From positions 58,645-122,644 of the forward strand of contig CAWBHS010000058.1 of assembly GCA_963788655.1 (NCBI GenBank): 64,000 nt of DNA, written 5' to 3'. The DNA is from an uncultured Verrucomicrobiae bacterium. Lineage in GTDB: Bacteria; Verrucomicrobiota; Verrucomicrobiia; Limisphaerales; JAFGQR01. The notes below the pieces were generated by a model that was given only the letters and a program-made list of their open reading frames with translations, was not told the origin of the DNA and searched no databases. Below, one piece after another: positions 10,324 through 20,600 of this stretch. The translations under genes and the position numbers were made by a program. Position 1 is the first letter of the stretch. Each line of letters opens with the position of its first letter.

Positions 10324-13155
10324 ATGAATCCGTTTGCCCATTCTTTAAGCAACAAACCGTCGTCATTGCGGAGCATGTTCTCCGGGCGGCTGGCTTGGCT
10401 GACGTTGGTGATCTGTCTGGGGCTCGGCTTGGTCGTAGTGGTGTGGCGGGAACGTTCACAACGGGCCGCCGCCCAGGCCCAAGCCCGCACCGAAGCCATG
10501 GCTCGCGGCTTGGCAATCGAATCACAATTCTCGCAAGCCACCGCGGCCCTTGAAGTCTTGGGAGCGCTGGTCAACCAAACCCGCGGTGTGCTGCCAAATT
10601 TCCCGCAAGTGGCGGCGCAGTTGTTGGCGGTGCATCCTGCGGTGGCTACGCTCGAATTGCAGCCGCGCGGAGTGGTTGCCAACGTGGTGCCCCGTGCCGG
10701 TAACGAGCGGGCCCTCGGCTTCGACGTGCTCAAAGATCCGCAGCTCAGTCCCGGCGCCTACGCCGCCATCCGCGGGCGCCGCTTGACCGTCTCGGGACCG
10801 CTGCGGCTGCCGCACGGCGAAGCGGGCCTGATCGCGCGCCTGCCAATCTTTCAGCGCGGGCGGGACGGCAAAGAATATTTCTGGGGCTTCGTGGCGGCGT
10901 CGATCCGGCTGCCGGATCTCCTCGCGCGCGCTCGCTTGGCTGACTTGGTCGCGCGTGGCTACGATTACGTCTTCTACGGGCCACCGACCGCTCAACAGGC
11001 TGCCGTGAGCCTCGCCGCGCACGGCAAGGTGTCTTCCCGGAAGGCAGTGGTCCTACCCGTCCACGCCCAGAACGTTCAGTTCGGTATTGCGGTCCAGCCG
11101 CGCGGCGATTGGTTCAACACGATGAAGTTGGCCCTGGAAATCCTGGCGGTCGGAGGATTGGCAATAATGGTCAGCCTGCTAGTCAGTTTTTTCCGTAAAG
11201 GAAACGATTTGCAGGCGGCCTTCGCCCAAGCAAAAGCCGAACTGGCGCAGGTAGCTGCCGAACAGGAGCGGGGGCAGGACGAATTGCACTTTGCTCGCGA
11301 GGCGGCCACTGCGGCCCAGCAAGAGCTCGAGCAATTGAAAAGCAACGCGGCGGACTTGGGAGAGCAATTGGAGGAAGCCAGCCGAACCGCCGAAGCAGCA
11401 GCGAACGACCAAGCGGCCAAGCTGCGGCAAGCCCAGGCGACCAACAGCGAACTGCAAGCTCAAGCGGAAGCCGATACCCGCAACGCACGAACAACCGAAG
11501 AATCATTGCGCGCTCAACTCGCGGAAGCCAACACCACGATTGACAAGTTGCAAACCCAGTTAGAGGCCGCCATCCGCAATGGGGAAGAAGCCACGCGGAC
11601 TGCCCAAGACAAATTCAATCAGCAAGCGCAAGTCAGCGCGGAGTTGGAGAGTCGCTTGCAGGAGGCTGCGGCTAATGCCCAGACAATGGAATCGGCCAGT
11701 GCCGCCAGACTGCAGGCGGCCGAGCAAACTATCGGCAATCTTGAAGCGCGCTGGGCGGCTGCAACTGAGGCTCCAACCGAGGTGGCGTCCGCCGCAGCCA
11801 CGACAACTTCATCGGAGGAAGCCAACGATTCGACCGCCGGCGTAACCGGCTCAGAAGAAGTGAATGAACCCGAAACTCAGCCCGAGGAAGCCGACACCGA
11901 TTTTGCCGGTTCGGCACCCCCAGCCGACCCTCCGGCTGCCCCCGTGGATGTCGCTTCCAACGAACGTGCTGCCGCCAGCGGATTTGATATTCCCGCAGCG
12001 GATGAAGCCGGTAACGAGCCTGGCCAAACCGACGAAATGCCTCCCGATCCCGACGCCGGTCATGTCGCAATCCCACCTGATACTGAGCGGCCGTCGGAAA
12101 ACTCGTCGGACTCCGACGTTGGGGTTGAAGTTCCGCCATCCAACAATTTGGACGCCGCGCCGCCGGAAGTCAGGACTCCAAATCTCCCCCCCACCAAATC
12201 GGACAAGCCGGCCCGTCGCAGAAAGAAACGCGACAAGCACCAATTGAGTTTGTTCGACGAGGAAACCGACGGTGTCCAAAGTGTGGCCGTGGACGAGCTT
12301 GCCTCGAAGCCGCCGACTCAAGAGCCCGCCGCCGAGACGCATCTGGCGGAGGCTACCGCACCGGTTTCGTCAAATGCGCCGGTCGAGGTTTTGGCGCCCG
12401 AAGCCGGTTCCTCCTCAGCAACCGTTGAGTTCAGCCAAGTCAACGGAACGATCGGCGATGTCCAGCCATCGGCGTCTGAATCGCCCGAGCTGAAAACCAA
12501 TAAAGCGGCTGCCTCATTGGCAGCGGATCTCGACTTGCCGAAAATTGACGGGCTCAATCCCAGGGAAGGCTTGGTGCGTTTTGATGCGGACCCGAAGCTG
12601 TATCTGAAAGCGCTGCGGCAATTCGTCGATCAACACACCCGCGCACCGGAACAAATCCGCGACTTTCTGGTGCAAGGCGATGCCACCGGCGCGCAGCGAC
12701 GGACGATTGTTTTGAAACACGCCGCCCAAGCGCTTGGCGCCGGGCAGGTCCAGGTGACCGCCGCCAATTTGGAGCGCGGCATCCAGGCGGAATCCGATCC
12801 TACCGACATTGAGACCCTTTGGGCCGAACTGGAAGACGTGTTGAACAGTTTCATCACTGATCTCAAATCCGCTTTGAAACCCCGGGAGGATAAGCCGGCA
12901 AAACTCCGCCAACTCCCGCCGACACCGCCGGTCGATCTCGCCCAACTCCGCACCGCGATCAAGCAGATTCTGCCGTTGCTGGCCGACGAAGATCCCGGTG
13001 CCAAAGACTGTCTCAAGGATAATCGCACCACCTTCCGATCCGCCTTCACGCCGGAGACGTTTGTAGAATTTGAACAATGCGTCAAGCAACGCAGCTTCGC
13101 GGCCGCTTTTGAACAATTGAAGAAAGCAGTCAAGAAACACGGCATCCACGTTTGA
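10324..13155 (+). CDS. Membrane protein: CHASE sensor domain + coiled coil + acidic disordered linker + degenerate HPt domain
   Basis: TM helix, CHASE-like segment (LELQPRGVV..VVPRAGNERALGFDVL...GPLRL...RLPIF...FWGFVAASI), second TM, A/Q/E-rich coiled coil, P/A/E/D-rich linker, C-terminal IDGLNPREGLVRFDADPKLYLKALRQF...LKHAAQALGA typical of hybrid-kinase HPt tails. Confidence 0.8.
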   Translation: MNPFAHSLSNKPSSLRSMFSGRLAWLTLVICLGLGLVVVVWRERSQRAAAQAQARTEAMARGLAIESQFSQATAALEVLGALVNQTRGVLPNFPQVAAQLLAVHPAVATLELQPRGVVANVVPRAGNERALGFDVLKDPQLSPGAYAAIRGRRLTVSGPLRLPHGEAGLIARLPIFQRGRDGKEYFWGFVAASIRLPDLLARARLADLVARGYDYVFYGPPTAQQAAVSLAAHGKVSSRKAVVLPVHAQNVQFGIAVQPRGDWFNTMKLALEILAVGGLAIMVSLLVSFFRKGNDLQAAFAQAKAELAQVAAEQERGQDELHFAREAATAAQQELEQLKSNAADLGEQLEEASRTAEAAANDQAAKLRQAQATNSELQAQAEADTRNARTTEESLRAQLAEANTTIDKLQTQLEAAIRNGEEATRTAQDKFNQQAQVSAELESRLQEAAANAQTMESASAARLQAAEQTIGNLEARWAAATEAPTEVASAAATTTSSEEANDSTAGVTGSEEVNEPETQPEEADTDFAGSAPPADPPAAPVDVASNERAAASGFDIPAADEAGNEPGQTDEMPPDPDAGHVAIPPDTERPSENSSDSDVGVEVPPSNNLDAAPPEVRTPNLPPTKSDKPARRRKKRDKHQLSLFDEETDGVQSVAVDELASKPPTQEPAAETHLAEATAPVSSNAPVEVLAPEAGSSSATVEFSQVNGTIGDVQPSASESPELKTNKAAASLAADLDLPKIDGLNPREGLVRFDADPKLYLKALRQFVDQHTRAPEQIRDFLVQGDATGAQRRTIVLKHAAQALGAGQVQVTAANLERGIQAESDPTDIETLWAELEDVLNSFITDLKSALKPREDKPAKLRQLPPTPPVDLAQLRTAIKQILPLLADEDPGAKDCLKDNRTTFRSAFTPETFVEFEQCVKQRSFAAAFEQLKKAVKKHGIHV

Positions 13156-13161
13156 TTCGGC

Positions 13162-13749
13162 AACGGGCTGCCGGCGTCCCGCCGACAGAAACGAACACGA
13201 ATCGTGCGTCCAAATTCCCGTCGCCACTGCGACCGTAGAATTGCAGCAAGGGGGGAATCGCGCCCGCCCCGAAGCCGCCAATCGGTTCCCCACTTTTTGG
13301 CGCCACCGCACCGACGCGTTCTAGAAAAGCTACCTCTCTCCTTATCCGATAAGTAGTTGGCGAGGCACCAACCGCAGCGCCTGGAGGTGGCGCACACCCC
13401 GGAGGAATTGAAAGGCTCTGATTCGGTTGGAGCCGCTATTTCCATTCGGTCTGCCGGCAAGATGCCGGCACCACGTTGCGCCAGCGTGCTGCCGGCGTCC
13501 CGCTGGCAGAAACGGAGGCCACGGCGCGCACAAACCGGTTTTGGCAAGTGCTCCCTCCCCAAGGTCCAATGTCCAACGCCCAAGAACCAATGAAGGCCCC
13601 AAGTCCGAAGCGCCAACCCGAACAGGAATGGCCAGCAACTGTTTGATCGGGCCTTGGACATTGGACCTTCTCTGGTCATTGGCAATTGATCATTGATCAT
13701 TCTCCAAACGTTCTGTTCCCAACTGCCGGCCAGATGTCCGACGCACGTT
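13162..13749. repeat. Tandem REPIN-like elements, family C (CGTGCTGCCGGC...GCCGGCAGCACG) with heptamer-repeat hairpin
   Basis: Direct copies at 13162-13193 and 13482-13513 (CG(G/T)GCTGCCGGCGTCCCGCxGxCAGAAACG), inverted arm 13451-13477, degenerate arm 13723-13749, and heptamer runs CCAATGT/CCAATGA (13560-13600) facing TTGGACA/TTGATCA (13653-13700). Confidence 0.65.
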
Positions 13750-13793
13750 CGGTCAGTACCATCACCTTTGAACTCACACTCCAAATTTGCCAG

Positions 13794-13821
13794 TTGACAG
13801 CCCAGAGCCTGGCTTTACGGT
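13794..13821 (+). promoter_or_regulatory. Possible sigma70 promoter for the clan CD protease gene
   Basis: TTGACA-N16-TACGGT, ~110 bp upstream of ATG 13934. Confidence 0.35.
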
Positions 13822-13933
13822 TCCAGAGATTCTTATTAAAAGGATAGGCCGGACTGCTGGATAATTGGGCAGCCTCTTGGGGTTGGGCTCAACGGCAGCA
13901 GGCCACCAACAAACCAAACAATCCGAAACCGTC

Positions 13934-16213
13934 ATGAAAAACATCGATCGACTTCGAACCACGTTTCCCGTCTCGAACTTCACGCACTCCGCGTTCTGCG
14001 GGGCAATGGTTACGCTCGCCTCGCTGCTGGCCGGAGTAACGAACGGGAGCGCCCAACCGCTGACGCGCGCGCAAGCCGTGGACGCCTTACTGGCACCCGG
14101 CAGCGGCGTCACTATTGACACCAACAACAGTCCCGTCTGGTCTCCATTTCAGGACTTTGGATTTGGCGCGGGCCGCGAAGGCTTGCTACCGGCCGGAACG
14201 GTCGTTGATCCCGCCGTGTTGGGCCGACTTCCATTCCCGGGGCCAGGGGTCACGGCCGCACAAGACGCGTATTTCTTTTGGGTGGATGATCTCCCGGAAG
14301 CCCACTTCCAGCACCCCGTGCGTTTTGTGTTGTTGAATGCCGGCATGGCCGCACCGAACGTGGCCAACGGCGGCATCGTGGTGGCGGACGAGGGCTGGTG
14401 GCCGGTCCTCACCTTGACGAACGGCGCCAGCCAGGAGTTCTTCGCCGCGTTGGAAGATCGGTCCACGTCCGATCCCGCCGGGCCTGACAATCCGCAAGGG
14501 CTGGTGGCCGGCCTCGCGCCGCTGCCACCCGCAGATGCTGCTTCGGCCCCGTTGACATTCCTCTCAAACTTGAGCGCGCCTCTCAGCGTTGTGGCGAGCG
14601 GGCAGAATGCTTGTGGCCTGATTGTGCGGGGCAGCGCCGGGGCCGATTTTGCGGGCGACGTGGACCGTTTTGCCAATGATATGCACAACCATTATGGCGT
14701 CCCCACCAACCGGATTATCAAAGCCAACAACGGCCAACCCGCGACCAGCAACGATCTCGCCACCGCGATCACGATGATCTGCACATCATCGCCGCCGTGC
14801 GACAAAATTTTCGTGCGCTTGACCTCGCATGGTTCGATTGGTGGTTTCAAGCTGGCCGACGGCAGCATTTCGGCCACCGACCTGTGCAAGCTTTTCAAGA
14901 AACTCGCGGCCAAGGGAGTGCCGATTTGCCTCTTGATCGAAGCCTGTCATAGCGGAAGCCTGCTTGATCCGCACGATTGGAATTTTCCGGCCGGCAGTGT
15001 AATTCTGACGGCGGCCGGAACCAATGAATCGTCATTTGGCGGATCGTTCCTCGACGGGACCAATCGTTTCACGGGTTCACTGTATCCTTATGCCCATTCT
15101 CAATGCCTGAACGCCAATCCGACCAACACTCCCGGTTTGGACAGCAATGGCGATGGCGACGTGGGCGACGACGAAGCCCACGCCTGGGTGCTCAAGGTTC
15201 AACCGTGTTACTCTTGGACGGTACACACGAACCAGATGTATTATCCCGCTGGCCACGGCACCAACTACAATCCCCACCCGCAAATGCGCACGGTGGGCAG
15301 AAATCCCACCAAGATCAATCTCAACGTCTGCAACGGGACCGGCCAGCCCAAAACCGATTTCCACATCGTCTTCCGAGGCAACGTGGCGGGGGGCATTCAA
15401 GGGGCCTGGCATTCCGATGCGCAGGATCACGTGCAGTTGGGTAATTCCTGGGGCACCGACAACACCGTAACGTACGATACGAACCGGGATGAAACGACGG
15501 TTTCATGGATGGATGAAGGCAGTCCCGTGCAGTTCGGGGAATACATCCACTTTGGCTATTGGCCGAACAACGGTGGTCTGCGGCCGGTGCGCCAGTATTG
15601 GTCGCCCACCGGCAATCCGCCGAGTGCCCCGGATCGCGTGCCCACGCAACATTCTTCCGTCCAATCCGGTGCCGACGGCCACTCTGCGGTCGTCCACATC
15701 ATCAGTTACGGCGAAGCAAATGACGGCTGGGGGCAGTTTCAATTCGGGGAAGTGTTGGTACGCTATTCGCCGAACGATATCCCGTTGGAAAGCCTGAATT
15801 CCGACGGCGTGGGCGAACTACCTCCCCTGCTGGCCACCAACTTCTTCCTTTCACCGGATGAGCCGTTTGAATTCACCGTGCCGGTGCCGGTGCAACCAGG
15901 CGATCCGCAACCGTCCTTGGTTCTGCAAAAGCAGTTGATGTCCGAAGTCAGCCAAAATCAGAGCATCCCGCTGGAAATCATCCCGCTGGAATTGACGGCC
16001 CCAGCACCCGCCTTGAACATCCTCAAGGACGGCGACACTATCCAGGTGACGTGGGAGGCCCCGGTGGATTACATCTTGGAGGTTGCCCCGGGCTTCGATG
16101 GCCCATGGACGCCGCTTTTCACCGCGACGAGCCCGTTTGTGGAAACTGTCTCTCCCAGCACGCCACTTAAATTGTATCGGTTGCACTGGTATTCGTCCGC
16201 GGGCACTCGCTAA
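13934..16213 (+). CDS. Secreted caspase/legumain-like (clan CD, C13/C14-like) cysteine peptidase with C-terminal ...LYRL domain
   Basis: Signal peptide; dyad motifs RLTSHG (His codon 14828) and LIEACHSG (Cys codon 14945); VILTAA...ESSFG; EF-hand-like DSNGDGDVGDDE; C-terminal QVTW...YILE...PWTP...LYRL. Confidence 0.75.
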   Translation: MKNIDRLRTTFPVSNFTHSAFCGAMVTLASLLAGVTNGSAQPLTRAQAVDALLAPGSGVTIDTNNSPVWSPFQDFGFGAGREGLLPAGTVVDPAVLGRLPFPGPGVTAAQDAYFFWVDDLPEAHFQHPVRFVLLNAGMAAPNVANGGIVVADEGWWPVLTLTNGASQEFFAALEDRSTSDPAGPDNPQGLVAGLAPLPPADAASAPLTFLSNLSAPLSVVASGQNACGLIVRGSAGADFAGDVDRFANDMHNHYGVPTNRIIKANNGQPATSNDLATAITMICTSSPPCDKIFVRLTSHGSIGGFKLADGSISATDLCKLFKKLAAKGVPICLLIEACHSGSLLDPHDWNFPAGSVILTAAGTNESSFGGSFLDGTNRFTGSLYPYAHSQCLNANPTNTPGLDSNGDGDVGDDEAHAWVLKVQPCYSWTVHTNQMYYPAGHGTNYNPHPQMRTVGRNPTKINLNVCNGTGQPKTDFHIVFRGNVAGGIQGAWHSDAQDHVQLGNSWGTDNTVTYDTNRDETTVSWMDEGSPVQFGEYIHFGYWPNNGGLRPVRQYWSPTGNPPSAPDRVPTQHSSVQSGADGHSAVVHIISYGEANDGWGQFQFGEVLVRYSPNDIPLESLNSDGVGELPPLLATNFFLSPDEPFEFTVPVPVQPGDPQPSLVLQKQLMSEVSQNQSIPLEIIPLELTAPAPALNILKDGDTIQVTWEAPVDYILEVAPGFDGPWTPLFTATSPFVETVSPSTPLKLYRLHWYSSAGTR

Positions 16214-16258
16214 GCCGCATCGATTCAGCCTGCCATGGTCGCCGACGTGTGTTAGCGG

Positions 16259-17152
16259 CTATGGTGACTCCACGGGCGTCAAACCTGCCGTCCATGCACA
16301 GCCACGACGCATCAATTCGCCGACGCCAGGGTTGTTGGTATAGGCCTGAACGTCATGCCCCAGCGGCGTATGAAACACGCGGCCCTGGCCATAGCGCAAC
16401 ACGAAGGCCATGGGATAATCCTTCTGGTCCACCTTGGAAGTCGCCTTGGCCACGACGTGAATGGGCGCGTCACCATCCAGACACGTGTACAGCTCGTCCA
16501 CCGTCGTGAAGGGCTTCAGGCCTTTGGCGATGGGATGCTCTGAATCAGCCATCCTCACGGTGAATTGACCGTGCGGATCGTGCGGACGCAGCTTGGGATT
16601 CCAGATGCGGCCGGCCAGCTTCGCGAACTCGGGCCATTCGTTGTTGTCCCAGGCGCCGCAGGCAAAGTGTGTCAACATCAGCCCTTTGCCCCCCGCCACA
16701 AATTGCCGGAGGTTCTCCCGGGCAGCGGGGCCGGGCCCCGGCACTTCCCAATCCATGAAGTGCAGGATTACCACGTCCCAGGCATTCAACTTCGGCGACG
16801 CCAGGGCATTCGGATCGTCCACCATCCGCACGTGGAGCCGCCGATCTTGCTCGAGCAATCGCTTCAACACCCGCGCCGTCTGCCGCCACAAGTGGCCGGG
16901 ATAATCGATCCCCGTTACCAGGAGCACTTTGGTGCCTGTTCCGGTGGGCGGATCAAGCTCCACCGCCAGTTTGGATCCTGGTGAACCCGGTTCGGCAACG
17001 TTGGCGTTGGGGTCGTTCCTGGCACTCGCAGATGCCGAGGGCGAAGGCCCCTGGCCACCAACAACCGAAGCGGGCACGACCAGCGCAGCGAGGGTGATGA
17101 GCAGGGCAGTTTTGAAGATGGAATGGTTGGCCGGTTTCGAACTAAGTTTCAT
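16259..17152 (-). CDS. ThuA-like (class I glutamine amidotransferase-like) domain protein, secreted
   Basis: KVLLVTG...HLW, FVAGGKGLMLTHFA, HPIAKGL..F...DELY, YGQGRVFHTPLGHD, RGCAWTAG. Confidence 0.85.
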   Translation of the reverse strand: MKLSSKPANHSIFKTALLITLAALVVPASVVGGQGPSPSASASARNDPNANVAEPGSPGSKLAVELDPPTGTGTKVLLVTGIDYPGHLWRQTARVLKRLLEQDRRLHVRMVDDPNALASPKLNAWDVVILHFMDWEVPGPGPAARENLRQFVAGGKGLMLTHFACGAWDNNEWPEFAKLAGRIWNPKLRPHDPHGQFTVRMADSEHPIAKGLKPFTTVDELYTCLDGDAPIHVVAKATSKVDQKDYPMAFVLRYGQGRVFHTPLGHDVQAYTNNPGVGELMRRGCAWTAGLTPVESP

Positions 17153-17697
17153 AAATCGTGTTTCAGCGATCGTGTTCTTCCCAACCGCAGTTCCCGAAAA
17201 GGGTGCTCGCAGTGGCCACTTTCAGGTCCACCATCCGCGCCTGGAATTCGCCGCCAGTCATACACGATCCACGCTCCGTCACGCAATTCCTTTAAATTGG
17301 AAACGTCCGGGCGTCCGGGCTGTCGGCAAGGCGGCGGTTTCCACCTCACGCTCGCGGAGTGACTGACGCGGCTCCAGCCATGGCTCCCGAAGCGGGCGCG
17401 TTCCGTTCGGAATGCAATAACACTGGACAAGCGAACGACTTGTCGCTACTGTTCGGGCGTGTTTCCACCGAATTTCGCAGGTGCTTTATGGCATTTAACG
17501 GCCTGCACTGGGCAGCATTCGCAACGATTCGCTGCCACTCCGGCAGTTTCTGGACGCCCCTCCGCTGCCGGATTGGCCACGTCAAAACGCCTCGATTCGG
17601 CGGGAAACCAAGTGGTGTAGTTGTTGCCGAAACCCTCGGCTGTTTGTTCACGTTTAGTGTCTTGAAGGCAATTCATTGCCGGTCGTTTAGAGTCATC

Positions 17698-20600
17698 ATG
17701 AAATTCCATCGTATCTTCCACGTTCGAGCTATCTTGGCCGTTCTGCTTCTCCCTGCTTGTTTTGAAGGGCTGGCGGCGGAGGGCAACTTTGCCGCTTACA
17801 ACGACCACAGCCCGGGCGGGGGCACTGCGCCCAACGTCAATACGTATTCCCTGGGGCAAGGCGGCCAAACGGCGGGCGGCCCCTTGATCGATTTTAGCTC
17901 GGGCGCTCCCGACAGTCCGAACCAGGTAAGCGTGTCGATCACGGGTGCGGGTGACATCGTTGGCACCGAAGGTACCTCGGGCAGCCCGGATGCCGGCACG
18001 CCGGCGGACCAAATTTTTGGAGGCAAAATCGACTGGCTGTCCAGCGCGATCTATTTCAGTCCCGCCCCTTACGACTCGGCGGTCATTTTCACGTTCAGCA
18101 ACCTGAATCCGGGCATGAAATACCGCTTTCGAGGCACCGCCGTGCGCGGCAACAATTATGACGGTCGGTGGACCCTCGCCACGTTGACCGGCGCCAGCAG
18201 CGCTTCACCCGCACACATCACCGGAGTGGGTTCGCCGGGAATTATCACCAATGGCTGGGCACCTTATGGCGACAGTTTCGCGGCGGAAACCCAAGCCGCG
18301 TGGAACAGCGGCCATAACCTGTCGGGCGATGTGATCGGTTGGGACAACATCATTCCCGAGGGCAACTCATTCTCGGTGATTTGCTCGAATTATCATGCCG
18401 TATCTCTCGAAAGCCCGCTGGGGCCTCTGGAAGACAGGTACTGTTACGCCTTCGCTGCCTTCATGTTGGAAGAGTCGCCCAGCGGGCCAACGGTCGCCCT
18501 CACCAGTCCGGCGCCCGACGCGCATTTTACGGCGCCCACGGACATTGCCCTGGTGGCGGTGCCAGCCAATTTCTCCAATGCCATTCAGATGGTCGAATTT
18601 TTCGCCGACACGGCCAAGATTGGCGAAGCCCCCGCCAGTCCTTATGAATACACCTGGCCGAATGCAGGAGCCGGTGATTACGCCTTAAGTGCGGTGGCCA
18701 CCGACAGTTTGGGAATCATGGCCACCTCCGCAATCGTCAACGTGACGGTCACCGAACCCGACACGACCCCGCCCACCGTGAGCATTACAGAACCCGCGAA
18801 CGGCGCCGCGTTCAACACTGGCACCGAGATCACGATCACCGCCGATGCCAACGACACGGGCAGCGGCGTCAGCACGGTCGAATTCTTCCAAGGCACCTCC
18901 AGTCTGGGCGAAGCCACGGCCACTCCCTTCAGCCTGCTGTGGAGCGGCACGCAGCCGGGCAGTTACACCTTCACCGCCGTCGCCATCGACAACGTGGGAT
19001 TGCGCGCCACGTCGGCCCCGGTGATGGTCACGCTCACCGGACCCGCCATCTCAGCCGGAGGCTTGGCGTTTGACGGCCAGAACGATTACGTCACGTTTGG
19101 CGAGGCGCCGGGTTTAGGCGTGCAGGCCTTTACCATCGAAACCTGGTTCAATTGGCGTGGTCCAGGCACCGGGGCGACAGTTACCACCGGTGCCGGAGGC
19201 GTGCAAGAGGCCATTCCGCTGGTGGCGAAAGGGCGCGGGGAAGAAGACGGCACCATTCGAGACATGAATTTCATTCTAGCCATCAATGCGGCGGATAACC
19301 GGTTGGCCGCTGATTTCGAAGAAGGCGCCACCGGACCTTCGCCGGGCTTGAACCATCCGGTGTATGGCAATACGCCAGTGACACCCGATGTGTGGAACCA
19401 TGCCGCGGTGACCTTTGACGGCACGAACTGGCAACTGTTTCTGAACGGTGTGCTGGAAACCAACACGTTCGTCGGCCAGCCACCGCGATGGGACAGCATT
19501 CAATACGCTTCGTTGGCCTCGGCCCTCGATTCGAGCGGTTCCCCGGTCGGCTATTTCGCCGGCGTGCTGGATGAAGTCCGCATCTGGAACTACGCCCGTT
19601 CGGCCGAACAAATCGCTGACAATCGCGCCCTGGAAATCGCCTTCGCACCCGGACTGATCGGCCGCTGGTCACTGAATGAAACCACCGGAACAACCGCGGA
19701 GGACACCGCCGGCGGCAGCATCGATGGCACGCTCCATAATGGCCCGGTATGGACCAATGGGTATCCGTTTTCTTCCGCGCCCAGCGTGACCATCACCAAC
19801 CCAGTCAACAACGACGTGTTCGTAACGCCCACCAACGTCACCATCATGGCCAGCGCGATGGACGGCGATGGCAGCGTCACCAACGTTCAGTTCCTCGAAG
19901 GCAATGCCGTGCTCGGCGATGATGCCGACGAACCGTTCTCCTTCACCTGGAATAATGTGGCGCCCGGCCGGTATGTCCTGCGGGCCGCCGCGACAGACAA
20001 CAGCGGCTTGAGCAGCACCTCGGCACCCGTAAACATCACCGTCGAAAACGCCATCGTCCGCCTCACCGAACCCTCCAACGACACCCAATTCGTGGCTCCG
20101 GAGAATATCACGCTGACCGCGGAGGCCTCGGATACGGATGGCGCCATTACGCTGGTAGAGTTCTTTGAAGGCGCCACGAAAATCGGCGAAGCCAACAGCC
20201 GGCCTTTTAGTATCGTATGGAGCAACGTGCCGGCGGGCAGTTATTCGATCACGGCCGTGGCCACGGATATTCATGACACAGCCAACACCTCGGCCCCAGT
20301 GAACATCACCGTGGTACCGAACACTCCGCCGACTGTGGCCATCACCTCGCCCCCCAACTTCGCGACGATCTATTATCCGAGCAACCTGCCCATTGTCGTA
20401 GCGGCAACGGATAGCGACGGCAGCGTGACGAATGTGGATTTCTACGGCGATGGCACCAAACTCGGCCAACGCCCCGGAACGCCCAGTCCCTCCACATTGA
20501 CCTGGACCAACATCCCCCTCGGCGTTCACGCCTTGGCCGCCGTGGCGACCGATAACAAGGGCATCTCTGCCACCTCCACCGTGGTGAATATCACTGTCGA

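Noticed and set aside
13162..13749. Repeats as a CRISPR array
   Set aside because: Only two direct copies 320 bp apart plus inverted arms; no regular spacers and no cas genes.
17359..17697. 113-codon N-terminal extension of the CotH giant
   Set aside because: Composition looks non-coding; a signal peptide follows ATG 17698.
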